Assembly (NCBI GenBank): GCA_934203075.1
Contig: CAKPYT010000040.1
Span: 107,037-171,036 of the forward strand
DNA: 64,000 nt
Direction: 5' to 3'
DNA from: an uncultured Clostridia bacterium
Lineage (GTDB): Bacteria; Bacillota; Clostridia; Christensenellales; CAG-314
The notes below the pieces were generated by a model. That model was not told the DNA's origin. It did not search any database and worked only from the letters and a program-made list of their open reading frames with translations. Below, piece by piece: positions 35,085 to 45,430 of the stretch (position 1 is its first letter; each line of letters starts with the position of its first letter). The position numbers and the translations under genes are program-made.

Positions 35085-37073
35085 ATGAAGAAACTCAGAG
35101 TATTCGCTTTGATTCTCGTGCTTGCGATGGTAGTGCCTATGGTCGTTGCTTGCCAACCCGGTTCGGATATGAGCAACGCCTTTGTCATTGCAACCAGCAG
35201 CATGCCGAAGAATCTGAATCCCTACGGAGGGAGCAACAGTGAATCGTTCATTCTGGAACGTATTTACGAACCCACTTTCGATTGGGACGACAATACCAAC
35301 TCCTACAGCAAGGCGTGCATCGGCGAAACCGTAGACTTCAACTGCACGGACGGCGTTGGAACTGCGGATCCGAATGCAAGAAAGATGAAAATCACCATCA
35401 AAGAGCATATCACGTGGAGCGACGGCACCAAATTGACGGTGGACGACCTTACCTTCACCTGGTTGTTCCTGACGCGTTGGGCCGCAAGAAAAACCACCAA
35501 CAAGCAAGGTCAGACGACCATCAACTACACCTTCCCGGTGCAGAAAGGTTTCGTAGTGGCCGCTTTGGATCTGGACAATCCGGACGATTTTGAAGAAAAA
35601 GAAACGGCTGCCTGCTTCGAGAAGGTGAGCGATACCGAACTGATTGTGACCCTGCGCGAAAAATCCACCGCACCGGTTCGCAGCCTGCTGACCAGTATCT
35701 TTATCATCCCGAAACACATCTGGAGTCAAATGGACCCGAGCGAATACAACGGGGATAACTTAGATAACCCGATCGGCTGCGGCGGACACGTTCTGGACTA
35801 TATGTCCAGCGGCGAGGCGCACCTGGTGCGTTACGAAGGCTATCACACGCCGTCGAACTACGGTATGGACGATATCTACGTATTGCGTGAGGACAGTGCC
35901 GAAAAAGCATTGAAAGGCCTGGAAAGCGGGGAATTCGATGCTTATCTGCAAGGGATTTCTACCGTTACCGCACAAGCCATCGAAGAAGAAGGCTATGCTT
36001 ATAAAGATTCCGTAAAACTGTATAAGGTGCAGGGTGCGGGCATCAACACGCTGTTGATGAACTGCCGTGACGATTCGTACAGCGGAATCACCAGCAGCCC
36101 GGTGGTGCGGCAGGCAATCAGCCTGGCGTTGAATCAGGAAGAATTGATTCAGCACGCTTTGTACGGCTATGGCAGACCGTCCGGCCCCAGCGGCACGATG
36201 GATACCACGCTGACGCAACAAAAGGCGGCGGAAACGGATGCAAGCAAAAAAATAATGAACCCCTATAACCCCTCTACGACTATTTACGAAGCAGTGCCGC
36301 AAAACCTGGAAAAGGCGTTGGCAATGCTGAAAGTGTACTTTGCAAATAATCAAGTGAAAGGTCACAACGATTCTACCGCAAAAACGTATACGTATAACGA
36401 AACCAGCGGTTATTTTGAAGACGCGCAAGGCAACCACCTGAAGTTGACCATCTGGAATAAAATCGACACGACGCAAAGCACCAACACCAAAACGCGTATC
36501 GGTGCGCAGCTTGCAAAAATCGGTCTCGATTACGAAGCGAAGAGCTTCGGTGCTTCTAGCGAAACGGAAGGCAACAACCTGAAACCGGGTTGCGGTTCCG
36601 ACGGAGAATACTTCGATATTTATCTGTGGGGTATGAACGTGGATATCTCGAACTTCGATGCGACGTTCGAATATCAACTGTACCTGAATCCGGATGGATC
36701 CCTGCCGACCAGCACCTTCAACTACGGTAGTTTCACCGGCGACGTATATACCGATGAAAACGTAGAAAAATGGTATCGTCCTTTGGTGGATGCAGGCCTC
36801 ATGACGGAAGCGGAAATGAATCAGTTCAAAGCCATCAAGGGGATGAACCAGGCAATTCTGAACCTGAGAAAGGCCATTTCGTTCGATGAACAATTGGCGG
36901 CCGCAATCGAAATCGAAAAACTGAACTGCGGCACGTTCTATAAGATTCCGATGTACACGTCCGATTATATCTATGCGTACAACTGCACGAAGTGGACGGG
37001 CTGGACGGAAGTTCCGACGCGTCAATTGATGAACTCGGAAACGTTCAAAAACCTGAAGCTCATTAACGCTTAA
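35085..37073 (+). CDS. ABC transporter substrate-binding lipoprotein (peptide/nickel, family 5)
   Basis: GAGGAGG RBS, lipobox VVAC, ~660 aa. It is followed by two permease and two ATPase genes. Confidence 0.85.
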   Translation: MKKLRVFALILVLAMVVPMVVACQPGSDMSNAFVIATSSMPKNLNPYGGSNSESFILERIYEPTFDWDDNTNSYSKACIGETVDFNCTDGVGTADPNARKMKITIKEHITWSDGTKLTVDDLTFTWLFLTRWAARKTTNKQGQTTINYTFPVQKGFVVAALDLDNPDDFEEKETAACFEKVSDTELIVTLREKSTAPVRSLLTSIFIIPKHIWSQMDPSEYNGDNLDNPIGCGGHVLDYMSSGEAHLVRYEGYHTPSNYGMDDIYVLREDSAEKALKGLESGEFDAYLQGISTVTAQAIEEEGYAYKDSVKLYKVQGAGINTLLMNCRDDSYSGITSSPVVRQAISLALNQEELIQHALYGYGRPSGPSGTMDTTLTQQKAAETDASKKIMNPYNPSTTIYEAVPQNLEKALAMLKVYFANNQVKGHNDSTAKTYTYNETSGYFEDAQGNHLKLTIWNKIDTTQSTNTKTRIGAQLAKIGLDYEAKSFGASSETEGNNLKPGCGSDGEYFDIYLWGMNVDISNFDATFEYQLYLNPDGSLPTSTFNYGSFTGDVYTDENVEKWYRPLVDAGLMTEAEMNQFKAIKGMNQAILNLRKAISFDEQLAAAIEIEKLNCGTFYKIPMYTSDYIYAYNCTKWTGWTEVPTRQLMNSETFKNLKLINA

Positions 37074-37140
37074 AGTTTAGACAAAACTCAGCGAGATGCG
37101 GGGGCGCGAGCCCCCGTGTTACCGCGAATTGGAGAAAAGT

Positions 37141-38115
37141 ATGAAAAAAGCCTACATGTTAAAAAGAATCCTGATGGCGATTGCGATTTACCTCGTCATT
37201 TTGGTTCTGGACTTCATGCTGCCTCGTCTGATGCCGGGAGATCCCGCGCAACCGTATTATCCTGCGGGGGCCAGCGAGGAAATGAAGGAAGAAATTCGCG
37301 AGTCCTTAGGTTATTCCGGTACCATCGGCGAACAGTTCGTAAAATACTGGAGCAACGTTTTTAAGGGCGACTTCGGCAACTCCGTTACCTACAAAAAACC
37401 GGTATTCGAAGTAGTGTTCGACAAATTGCCCTGGACGTTGGCGTTAACCGTAACTTCGTTGTTGATTAACGTCATCATAGGTACGCTGATCGGTGCTTAC
37501 TGCGCAACCAAGCGCGGAAAGGGGCCGGATAACGTGCTGATGGCGGCGTCTTCCGTAACGACGGCATTGCCCGCCTTCTGGATTGCAATGGTGCTCGTTA
37601 TGATTTTCGGCTACGGCCTGAAATGGTTGCCGACCGGCGGTCGTCTGGATCGCGGCATGGGCAACTGGCAATGGAACGGCAGATACATCGCGTCTTTGGC
37701 GCGCCACATGATCCTGCCGTTGATTTCCGGCTGTATCGGCGGTATCGTTTCGTACGCAATGAACGCTCGTAACAGTATGATTGCCGTCACCAGTGACGAC
37801 TACATCATGACCGCAAAAGCAAAAGGTCTTTCCAATAAGACCGTATTGTACAAACACACGTTGCGCAACGCTATGTTGCCTATCATCACCTCCGTCGGTA
37901 CCGGCGTAGCGGGGTTGATCGGCGGCTCCGTCGTTGTGGAACAAATCTTTAACTGGGATGGTATGGGAACGTTGTTCCAGGATGCCAACTCCACCAAGGA
38001 CTACAACCTGATGATCGCAATCATGATGATGATGTCCGCGTTGACGCTGATCTGTAACCTGATTGTAGACTTCTTGTATTCTGTATTTGACCCGCGTGTA
38101 AAGGATGGTAAATAA
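37141..38115 (+). CDS. ABC transporter permease (OppB/DppB-type)
   Basis: MLKRILMAIAIY N-terminus and 6 TM segments. The start is at an internal Met of ORF 37096. Confidence 0.88.
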   Translation: MKKAYMLKRILMAIAIYLVILVLDFMLPRLMPGDPAQPYYPAGASEEMKEEIRESLGYSGTIGEQFVKYWSNVFKGDFGNSVTYKKPVFEVVFDKLPWTLALTVTSLLINVIIGTLIGAYCATKRGKGPDNVLMAASSVTTALPAFWIAMVLVMIFGYGLKWLPTGGRLDRGMGNWQWNGRYIASLARHMILPLISGCIGGIVSYAMNARNSMIAVTSDDYIMTAKAKGLSNKTVLYKHTLRNAMLPIITSVGTGVAGLIGGSVVVEQIFNWDGMGTLFQDANSTKDYNLMIAIMMMMSALTLICNLIVDFLYSVFDPRVKDGK

Positions 38116-38117
38116 TT

Positions 38118-39158
38118 ATGGAAACGAAGAATAATTTTTGGACATCCGTCGGTCAATTTTTTGTAAAACTCGGGCTTTGGTTCTGGAAATTGCTTTGCAG
38201 AATCGGCAAATTCGTCGCCCGGATCTGGAGAAACCCGAAAGGCCGTACCGGTCTCATCATGACGGGGATTCTCGTACTCATCGCTATTTTTGCTCCGTTG
38301 ATTGCCCCGTACGATCCGTATGCGGTCATCGACAGGCCGACCCCGTTCCAGGCTCCTTCCTGGCAGCACCTCCTGGGAACCGACGCGCTCGGGCGTGACG
38401 TTCTCAGCATGGTGATGTACGGCGCGCAAATTTCTTTGCAGGTCGGTATCTTCACCGCACTCGGCGTAACGTTCGTCGGCGCGGCCATGGGTGTGCTTGC
38501 CGGCTACATGGGTGGCTGGGTGGATATGGTCATCATGCGTCTGGTCGACGTGTTGCTGGTCATCCCGTCGCTGCCTATGATGATGCTGCTTTCCGCCGCT
38601 ATGGGCTACAGTTTCACCACGTTGATTGCCGTCTTCATCATTCTCGGTTGGGCAGGTACGGCGCGTACTTTGCGTGCGCAGGTTCTTTCCAATAAGGAAT
38701 CGAACTACGTCAAAGCGGCGCAGCTCGCCGGGGCTAAAAACGGCTACATCATGTTGAAACACATTCTTCCCAGTATCAGCAACCTGCTCGTCATGTCCAC
38801 GGCAATGAGCTGTGCGGGCTTCATGGTGGCAGAAGCCGGTTTGTCCTTCATCGGATTGGGCGACCCGGTAAAAATCAGCTGGGGTAAAATGATCACCGAA
38901 GCACAGGCGGGCTTCCCGCGGAACGCTTGGTGGTTGATCATCGTTCCCGGTGCCGCTATCTGCTACACCGTCATCGGTTTTATGCAGATCGGTCTTGCTC
39001 TGGAAGAAATCTTTAACCCGCGTATGGGTTCTGCCAATAAGATCTGGAAACTCTTCCGTAACCTCGGACAGGCGGACGTGGATGCTGCCTTTGCCTCGAT
39101 GGATCGGGAAGGGGACGAAGGTTACGTAGAAGGAACGACGGAGGTAGCTGCACAATGA
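38118..39158 (+). CDS. ABC transporter permease (OppC/DppC-type)
   Basis: Typical HLLGTDALGRDVLS motif and 6 TM segments. Confidence 0.88.
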   Translation: METKNNFWTSVGQFFVKLGLWFWKLLCRIGKFVARIWRNPKGRTGLIMTGILVLIAIFAPLIAPYDPYAVIDRPTPFQAPSWQHLLGTDALGRDVLSMVMYGAQISLQVGIFTALGVTFVGAAMGVLAGYMGGWVDMVIMRLVDVLLVIPSLPMMMLLSAAMGYSFTTLIAVFIILGWAGTARTLRAQVLSNKESNYVKAAQLAGAKNGYIMLKHILPSISNLLVMSTAMSCAGFMVAEAGLSFIGLGDPVKISWGKMITEAQAGFPRNAWWLIIVPGAAICYTVIGFMQIGLALEEIFNPRMGSANKIWKLFRNLGQADVDAAFASMDREGDEGYVEGTTEVAAQ

Positions 39159-40324
39159 GTAACGAAAAAGAAAAGGTATTATCCGTCAAAAATCTGAAAG
39201 TTATGTTCGTGTCGGATCGCGGCATGATTCGTTCCGTAGAAGGGGTGGATCTGGACGTGAATCAAGGCGAATGCGTAGCGTTGGTAGGGGAATCCGGCTG
39301 CGGTAAATCCGTAACGTCGCTTACGATCATGGGCCTCCGCAACGAACCACCCTGCCTCTGGAAAGCCGACAAGCTGGATTTGAATATCGACGGAGAGCAG
39401 GTGAGCCTGCTCGGTAAAACCGAAGAAGAACTGCAAGACATCCGCGGCAAGCATATGGCAATGGTATTTCAGGATCCTATGACCTGCCTCAACCCGGTTA
39501 TGACGTGCGGCGCACAAATCGACGAAGTCTTTTTGCGTCACCAAAAACCGATGCTGGAAGAAGAACTTGCAGAAGCAAAAGAGAAAAAAGCGGCGCTGAA
39601 ACGCAACGCGAAAATGTTGAAGGAAGAAGGCAAAACGGAAGAAGCCGCAAAGCTGTTGGCAGAAGCAAAAACCATCAAATGCCGCAGCATCAAAGATATT
39701 GCGCGGCTGCACTCCATTTCCGCATTGAAAGCGGTAAATGTGCCCTCTCCGGAAAAGAGATATCTGGACTATCCCCATCAACTGTCCGGCGGGATGCGTC
39801 AGCGCGTGATGATCGCTATGGCATACGCCTGCAGACCTACGTTTATGATTGCGGACGAACCGACCACGGCTCTGGACGTAACCATTCAGGCACAGGTGCT
39901 GGAACTGATGAGCGGTTTGCAACGTTGTAACGACACCGGTCTGCTGCTGATTACGCACGACCTTTCCGTCGTTGCCAACATGGCGGATAAAATTTACGTT
40001 ATGTATTCCGGTAAGATTGTAGAATGCGCCAAGACGGACGAACTGTTCGATAATCCGCTGCATCCTTACACGCGCGGTCTGCTCGGTTCCATTCCGAAGC
40101 TGGGCGGCAAGCACGGGCAGCGTTTCGTGCAGATTCCGGATAACGTTCCGCATCCTACCATGAAACCGGACGGGTGCTACTTCCATCCGCGTTGTTCCTA
40201 CGCTACGGACAAATGCCGCAAGTGCATGCCGAAACTGGAAACGCTGGAAAGCGGTCGTCAGGTACGCTGCTGGCACTGGAAGGATCTGGATAACACAGCA
40301 GAAAAGAAAGGAGGGAACAACTAA
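39155..40324 (+). CDS. ABC transporter ATP-binding protein (OppD/DppD-type) with charged insertion
   Basis: Walker A GESGCGKS, signature LSGGMRQR, Walker B MIADEPTTALD and a C-terminal oligopeptide-type extension with a Cys motif. Confidence 0.9.
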   Translation: MSNEKEKVLSVKNLKVMFVSDRGMIRSVEGVDLDVNQGECVALVGESGCGKSVTSLTIMGLRNEPPCLWKADKLDLNIDGEQVSLLGKTEEELQDIRGKHMAMVFQDPMTCLNPVMTCGAQIDEVFLRHQKPMLEEELAEAKEKKAALKRNAKMLKEEGKTEEAAKLLAEAKTIKCRSIKDIARLHSISALKAVNVPSPEKRYLDYPHQLSGGMRQRVMIAMAYACRPTFMIADEPTTALDVTIQAQVLELMSGLQRCNDTGLLLITHDLSVVANMADKIYVMYSGKIVECAKTDELFDNPLHPYTRGLLGSIPKLGGKHGQRFVQIPDNVPHPTMKPDGCYFHPRCSYATDKCRKCMPKLETLESGRQVRCWHWKDLDNTAEKKGGNN

Positions 40325-41373
40325 TGGCAGAACAAAACAAAGAAGTGCTGTTAAAAGTGGAGCACTTGTCCATTAACTTCCCCGTGAAGAAAGAGTTCCC
40401 CTGGAGCCCTCAAAAATACGTGCAAGCCGTCAGTGACGTTTCGTTCGAAGTCAAACGCGGTGAAACGTACGGCGTCGTGGGCGAATCCGGCTGCGGCAAA
40501 AGCACGCTGGCAAACGCTACGCTGAAGTTCCTTACCCCCTCGGCCGGCAAGGTGTATTTCAAAGGGGAGGATATCAACGCCGTTTCTAAAAAAGAGTTTT
40601 ACGAATTGCGGAAAGACATGCAAATGGTCTTTCAGGATCCGTTCTCTTCACTGAATCCTCGTTTTGACGTGTTGCACCTCATCGGCGAGCCGATGTACGT
40701 GCGCGGTTACGACGAAGAAACCATCCGGAACAGAGTTCTGGAACTGCTGCGGCTGGTAGGCCTCAGTGAAAAGGACTTGTATCGTCACGCATCCGACTTC
40801 TCCGGCGGTCAACGCCAAAGAATCGGTATTGCCCGTGCCATCAGCCTGAGCCCCGCCTACCTGGTATTGGACGAACCCGTTTCCGCTCTGGACGTATCCG
40901 TCCATGCGCAAATCCTCAACTTGTTGATGGATTTGCAGCAAAAAATGGGAATGACGTATCTGTTCATTTCGCATAACCTTGCGGTGGTCAAGAATGTTTG
41001 CACCAATATGGCGGTAATGTACCTCGGTAAAATTTGCGAATGCGGCTCTACCGAAAAGATTTTCGACAAGCCGATGCATCCGTATACCGTCGCTCTGATG
41101 AGCGCCGTTTTGGACGTGGACAAACGCCACGAAAAGGAAAGAATCATCCTGGAAGGCGATATTCCTTCCCCGATCGATCCTCCGTCCGGCTGCAGATTCC
41201 ATCAGCGCTGCCCGCAGAAAGTGGGGGAAGTGTGCGAAAAACTTCGCCCGATGTTAATCGAGCTGGAGCCGGATCACTTCGTTGCTTGCCACAAGTATGC
41301 TCAATGCACGCCTACGGCAGAGCAAGAGGCAGAGATGGAAGCCGCAGAAGCAAAAGAATTGCATCGCAGCTGA
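40324..41373 (+). CDS. ABC transporter ATP-binding protein (OppF/DppF-type)
   Basis: Walker A GESGCGKST, signature FSGGQRQR, Walker B LVLDEPVSALD. Confidence 0.9.
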   Translation: MAEQNKEVLLKVEHLSINFPVKKEFPWSPQKYVQAVSDVSFEVKRGETYGVVGESGCGKSTLANATLKFLTPSAGKVYFKGEDINAVSKKEFYELRKDMQMVFQDPFSSLNPRFDVLHLIGEPMYVRGYDEETIRNRVLELLRLVGLSEKDLYRHASDFSGGQRQRIGIARAISLSPAYLVLDEPVSALDVSVHAQILNLLMDLQQKMGMTYLFISHNLAVVKNVCTNMAVMYLGKICECGSTEKIFDKPMHPYTVALMSAVLDVDKRHEKERIILEGDIPSPIDPPSGCRFHQRCPQKVGEVCEKLRPMLIELEPDHFVACHKYAQCTPTAEQEAEMEAAEAKELHRS

Positions 41374-41415
41374 TTTTGCGCCCCGGTTTTTCGAAAAAAC
41401 AACAAAGGTTTGTAA

Positions 41416-41445
41416 AACACCCCGATTTTTCGGGGTGTTTTTTTT
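41416..41445 (+). terminator. Rho-independent terminator of the Opp/Dpp-type operon
   Basis: AACACCCCG-ATTTTT-CGGGGTGTT stem-loop followed by a T-run. Confidence 0.85.
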
Positions 41446-41680
41446 GTGGAAATTTCAGGAGGGGTGGAAAAGAGTTCCGACGCGTTTCCGGGGCCGAAAA
41501 ATTTGCGGCAGAAAACGTCGTGACCGCATCGACGGGGCAAAAGATCTTCCGTTTGTGTTTGAAAAGGGAGTATAGCGAATGAAAGTTTCGTGAAAACTCC
41601 CCGGGGAAGAATTGCTTTACTTTACGCCTGGGGTAAATTGGATTATCATAAACTTAGTTCAAAAAGGAGGAGCGTAAAAG

Positions 41681-44023
41681 ATGCTGTCTCTGAAAAATAT
41701 CGTTAAAAACTACGGAACGAAAGAGCAGCCCGTGCCGGCGCTGCGCGGCGTTTCGGTGGACTTTCGTCCCAATGAATTCGTTGCCATTCTGGGCCCCAGC
41801 GGCTGCGGAAAAACCACCATGCTGAACATCATCGGCGGGTTGGATCAATACTCTTCTGGAGATCTGGTCATCGACGGAATTTCCACTGCGCACTATACGG
41901 ATGCGGATTGGGATTACTATCGCAATCGCCGCATCGGTTTTGTGTTTCAAAGTTATAACCTGATTCCGCACCTGAGCGTTGTGGAAAACGTAGAAATCGC
42001 CATGACGCTTTCCGGCGTGAGCCGCGCCGAACGACGGGCTCGTGCCGTTGCCGTTCTGCAAGAGGTCGGCCTGGCCGGGCAGGAGTCCAAACGACCGAAT
42101 CAGCTTTCCGGCGGGCAGATGCAGCGTGTCGCTATTGCACGGGCATTGGTCAACGACCCGCAGATTCTGCTTGCGGACGAGCCGACCGGTGCGCTGGATA
42201 GCAAAACCAGCGTGCAGATTCTGGAATTGATCCGCAAAGTGGCAAAGGAAAAACTCGTCATCATGGTAACGCACAACGCAGCCCTTGCGGAAGAATACGC
42301 CGACCGGATCATACGCATGAAGGACGGGGTCATGGTGGACGACACGCACGAATACCATGCGGAGGAAAACACTCCCAAACCGCGGGAAGCAGCGGGTGGA
42401 AAACAACGCAAAAAAAAGTTGTCCATGTCCTTTTTCACGGCACTTTCGCTCAGCCTGAAAAATCTGTTCACAAAAAAGATGCGCACGATTTTAACGGCGT
42501 TCGCGGGGTCGATCGGCATCATCGGGATTGCGCTTGTGCTGGCGCTCTCCAACGGATTAAGTAACTACATCGCAAAAATTCAGGCGGATACGCTTTCCAG
42601 CACGCCGATTACCGTCACCAAATCCTCCGTCGATATCTCCAGCATGATGAATTTTATGGACTCCGGTTCCGGACTGGAAAAGTATCCGGAATTCCGCAAG
42701 ATTCTTTCCAAAAAGGAACTGGAACTTTCCGACCTGATGATTAAAAACGAAATCACGCAGGAATACGTGGATTACGTCCGGCAAAACGTAAAGGACGAAT
42801 GGTGTTACGATATTATCTATAAAACGGGAATGAGCGTAAACGTGTACGGCAAGGCATACGGCAGCGAGGATATCTCAAAACTGGCTTTAAGCGGCAATAA
42901 TTCGCTCGGTGCCGGGTGGACCTGGCAAATGACCGTGAACAACGACTTTCTTGCCACACAGTACGATGTGATTGCAGGCACGTTGCCGCAAAGCGAAAAG
43001 GATATCATTCTGGTGGTGGACGAATACAACCGTCTGCCCGTTGCGTTGCTGCGTAGCCTGGGGCTCGTTGCGGCGGACAGTGCGGAGGATGCAGAAGTAT
43101 CCTTCGACGAGATTCTCGGCAAAACGTATTATTGCGGAGATAACGATACCATGTACGAACGGGTAGGCGATCACTTTGAATTGCGAACCTCTCCGGACGT
43201 GGCAAACATGCTGCAGCTGACGATTTGCGGGATCGTTCGGTTGAACAAAGGTACGGATATGGGTTCGCTTTCCAGCGGGGTTGGTTTTACACAGGCTTTG
43301 CAGGCGTACTTGTACGAAAAAAATCAATCTTCCGAACTGATTCGCTGGATGGATGCGAATCCCGCGAAAAACCCGCTGACCGGCAGTGAATACGAAAGCC
43401 GCACGGAAACGCCGGAAGCCATGCGGGAAAAAGCGTATCGCAGTTTCGGCGGCAAGGCCGTTGCCAGCAGCATCGAGTTTTATCCGCGCGATTACGAGGG
43501 AAAAGACCAACTGAAAAAGGTTTTGGATGCCTATAACACAGAGAAACCGAAAGAGGAGCAAATCGTTTATGCCGACTACAGCGAAACGATGATTTCCGTC
43601 ATCAGTTCCATGATCAATATCGTCAGTTATGTTTTGATCGGCTTTACGTCCATTTCGCTGATCGTTTCCAGCGTGATGATCGGCATCATCACTTACGTTT
43701 CCGTCATCGAGCGTACCAAGGAAATCGGCATTCTGCGCAGCATCGGTGCCCGCAAAAAAGATATTTCGCGGGTGTTCAATGCGGAAACCTTCCTCATCGG
43801 GCTTGCGGCAGGGGTTTTCGGCGTTTCGGTGGCAGGGCTCTTAACCATTCCGATCAGCGCCGTGGTGGGTGCGCTTGCCCCGGTCAAGAATATTGCGTCT
43901 CTGGGGCTTTCCGCCGCTTTGATTTTGGTGGTCATCAGTGTGGTGCTCACGTTAATTTCCGGTTTTATTCCTTCCCGTCTTGCGGCTAAGAAGGATCCGG
44001 TACTGGCATTGCGTACGGAGTAA
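41681..44023 (+). CDS. Fused ABC ATPase-FtsX/MacB-type permease
   Basis: N-terminal ATPase (GPSGCGKTT, LSGGQMQRVAIARA, LLADEPTGALD), a TM segment, a ~330-aa extracytoplasmic region and a C-terminal FtsX-type 3-TM bundle (EIGILRSIGARKKDI). Confidence 0.88.
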   Translation: MLSLKNIVKNYGTKEQPVPALRGVSVDFRPNEFVAILGPSGCGKTTMLNIIGGLDQYSSGDLVIDGISTAHYTDADWDYYRNRRIGFVFQSYNLIPHLSVVENVEIAMTLSGVSRAERRARAVAVLQEVGLAGQESKRPNQLSGGQMQRVAIARALVNDPQILLADEPTGALDSKTSVQILELIRKVAKEKLVIMVTHNAALAEEYADRIIRMKDGVMVDDTHEYHAEENTPKPREAAGGKQRKKKLSMSFFTALSLSLKNLFTKKMRTILTAFAGSIGIIGIALVLALSNGLSNYIAKIQADTLSSTPITVTKSSVDISSMMNFMDSGSGLEKYPEFRKILSKKELELSDLMIKNEITQEYVDYVRQNVKDEWCYDIIYKTGMSVNVYGKAYGSEDISKLALSGNNSLGAGWTWQMTVNNDFLATQYDVIAGTLPQSEKDIILVVDEYNRLPVALLRSLGLVAADSAEDAEVSFDEILGKTYYCGDNDTMYERVGDHFELRTSPDVANMLQLTICGIVRLNKGTDMGSLSSGVGFTQALQAYLYEKNQSSELIRWMDANPAKNPLTGSEYESRTETPEAMREKAYRSFGGKAVASSIEFYPRDYEGKDQLKKVLDAYNTEKPKEEQIVYADYSETMISVISSMINIVSYVLIGFTSISLIVSSVMIGIITYVSVIERTKEIGILRSIGARKKDISRVFNAETFLIGLAAGVFGVSVAGLLTIPISAVVGALAPVKNIASLGLSAALILVVISVVLTLISGFIPSRLAAKKDPVLALRTE

Positions 44024-44062
44024 TGCGTATGTACACCGAAAGGAAGACCTTTTTTGTAAAAG

Positions 44063-44099
44063 AAAAAAAACGCATCTCGAAACTTCGAGGTGCGTTTTT
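44063..44099 (+). terminator. Rho-independent terminator
   Basis: CGCATCTCG / CGAGGTGCG stem (one G-U pair) after an A-run and followed by TTTTT. Confidence 0.7.
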
Positions 44100-44243
44100 G
44101 CCATAACGAAGAATGATCAGGGAAAAAGCGGGCGGGACGGCAGCCAGAAAAGAGGAAGAAAACGGATCAGCGCAGAAAAGGAGGGAGGAAAGAGCGGGCA
44201 GGAAGGCAAGAAACACCGGCAGCGTAAAAAAGCGTTGACTAAG

Positions 44244-44286
44244 AAAAAACGCCGGACTCTTTTTGACACAGAGTCTGGCGTTTTTT
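44244..44286 (-). terminator. Rho-independent terminator downstream of the tRNA-Thr pair
   Basis: CGCCGGACTCT / AGAGTCTGGCG stem flanked by A and T runs, abutting the 3' end of the tRNA. Confidence 0.7.
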
Positions 44287-44362
<76 letters not shown>

Positions 44363-44366
44363 AAAA

Positions 44367-44442
44367 TGGAGCCAACGGTGGGACTCAAACCCACGACCTG
44401 CTGATTACGAATCAGCTGCTCTATCGACTGAGCCACGTTGGC
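44367..44442 (-). tRNA. tRNA-Thr (anticodon CGT)
   Basis: 76-nt cloverleaf: acceptor GCCAACG/CGTTGGC, D stem GCTC/GAGC, anticodon arm GCTGA-TTCGTAA-TCAGC, T arm GTGGG-TTTGAGT-CCCAC, encoded CCA. Confidence 0.9.
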
Positions 44443-44453
44443 ATCGCTTATGT

Positions 44454-44482
44454 ATTATAAGCAAATTACAACGGTTTGTCAA
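44454..44482 (-). promoter_or_regulatory. Consensus sigma-A promoter driving the tRNA-Thr pair
   Basis: The minus strand reads TTGACA, 17 nt, TATAAT, ending ~11 nt before the first tRNA. Confidence 0.8.
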
Positions 44483-44496
44483 TGCTTTTTACACGA

Positions 44497-45414
44497 CTAA
44501 TCCTGTTTTTCGGGCGTTTTCTTGTGACGTGCATCTCTCCCGTGAAAGGGGTAGATTAAAGTATTTCTTTTGTTCGTCAGCCGACTGAAGATTCTGTCGC
44601 CGTAGCGCGTCAACAGTTCCTGCAGCGAAAGGTTGGTGGAGATCACGGTGCACAGATCTTTCAGTTGCCGGTCGTTAATGACGTGATAGAGGTATTCTAA
44701 GGTAACGTTTCGATAAATCGGCTCCGTGCCCAGGTCGTCGATGACGAGGTACGGCGTATCGAATCGCTGCATCTGCTGCGCGCGTACTCCCTGCGTCGAG
44801 AGGTGTGCCTGCAAAAAAGCGTCGTTCAGATCGTAGGCAGAAAGGTAGGAAACGGGTTCGCCTCGGTCGAGCAGAGCGTTTACGATGCAGCTGGCGAAAT
44901 AGGTTTTTCCCGTGCCGCACGGCCCGCAAAGCAGCATATTGCGGTAGGCGGACGTTCCTTGTACGAAGTCTTCCCCCGCCTTTTTCAGGCCTTTCTTTTC
45001 GGTTTTGTCCAGTGCGTCAAAGGTGGCACTGCGGTCAATCCCGCTGTTGTTTAGTTTTGCCTGCAGCAGCGCTTCGAAGCAGCGGCAGGGCTTGCCGGCA
45101 ACCTTTCCCGTATCGTTGCAAATCGTGCAGTGGTATTGCGGCTGCAGCGCTTCGGAGGACAGACCGATTTTTTGCAGTTCTGCCTCTGCCGCTTGTTCCA
45201 GTTCCGCCTGTTTTTTTAAGGCAGCGGTTGTATCCTTTTGTTCGTACATCAGCCGTGCCACGGTAAGAATCTGCTCCTGCAGGGCGCGATGCGCCTGCGC
45301 ATACGCCGGCTGCGAAAGGGCCATGCGTTTATTTTTTGCGGCAACGTGTTCCGCTTCCGCTTTTCTGAGCAGAATGGTTTGCTGCACTTCGATGCGCAAT
45401 TTTTCAAAATCCAT
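44497..45414 (-). CDS. DnaI/DnaC-like helicase-loader ATPase (IstB-like AAA+)
   Basis: Walker A GPCGTGKTYFA, Walker B YLVIDDLGTE and an N-terminal Zn-ribbon-like CTICNDTGKVAGKPCRC. It lies directly downstream of the DnaD-domain gene. Confidence 0.8.
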   Translation of the reverse strand: MDFEKLRIEVQQTILLRKAEAEHVAAKNKRMALSQPAYAQAHRALQEQILTVARLMYEQKDTTAALKKQAELEQAAEAELQKIGLSSEALQPQYHCTICNDTGKVAGKPCRCFEALLQAKLNNSGIDRSATFDALDKTEKKGLKKAGEDFVQGTSAYRNMLLCGPCGTGKTYFASCIVNALLDRGEPVSYLSAYDLNDAFLQAHLSTQGVRAQQMQRFDTPYLVIDDLGTEPIYRNVTLEYLYHVINDRQLKDLCTVISTNLSLQELLTRYGDRIFSRLTNKRNTLIYPFHGRDARHKKTPEKQD

Positions 45415-45430
45415 ATCGCAGTCTCCTTAA

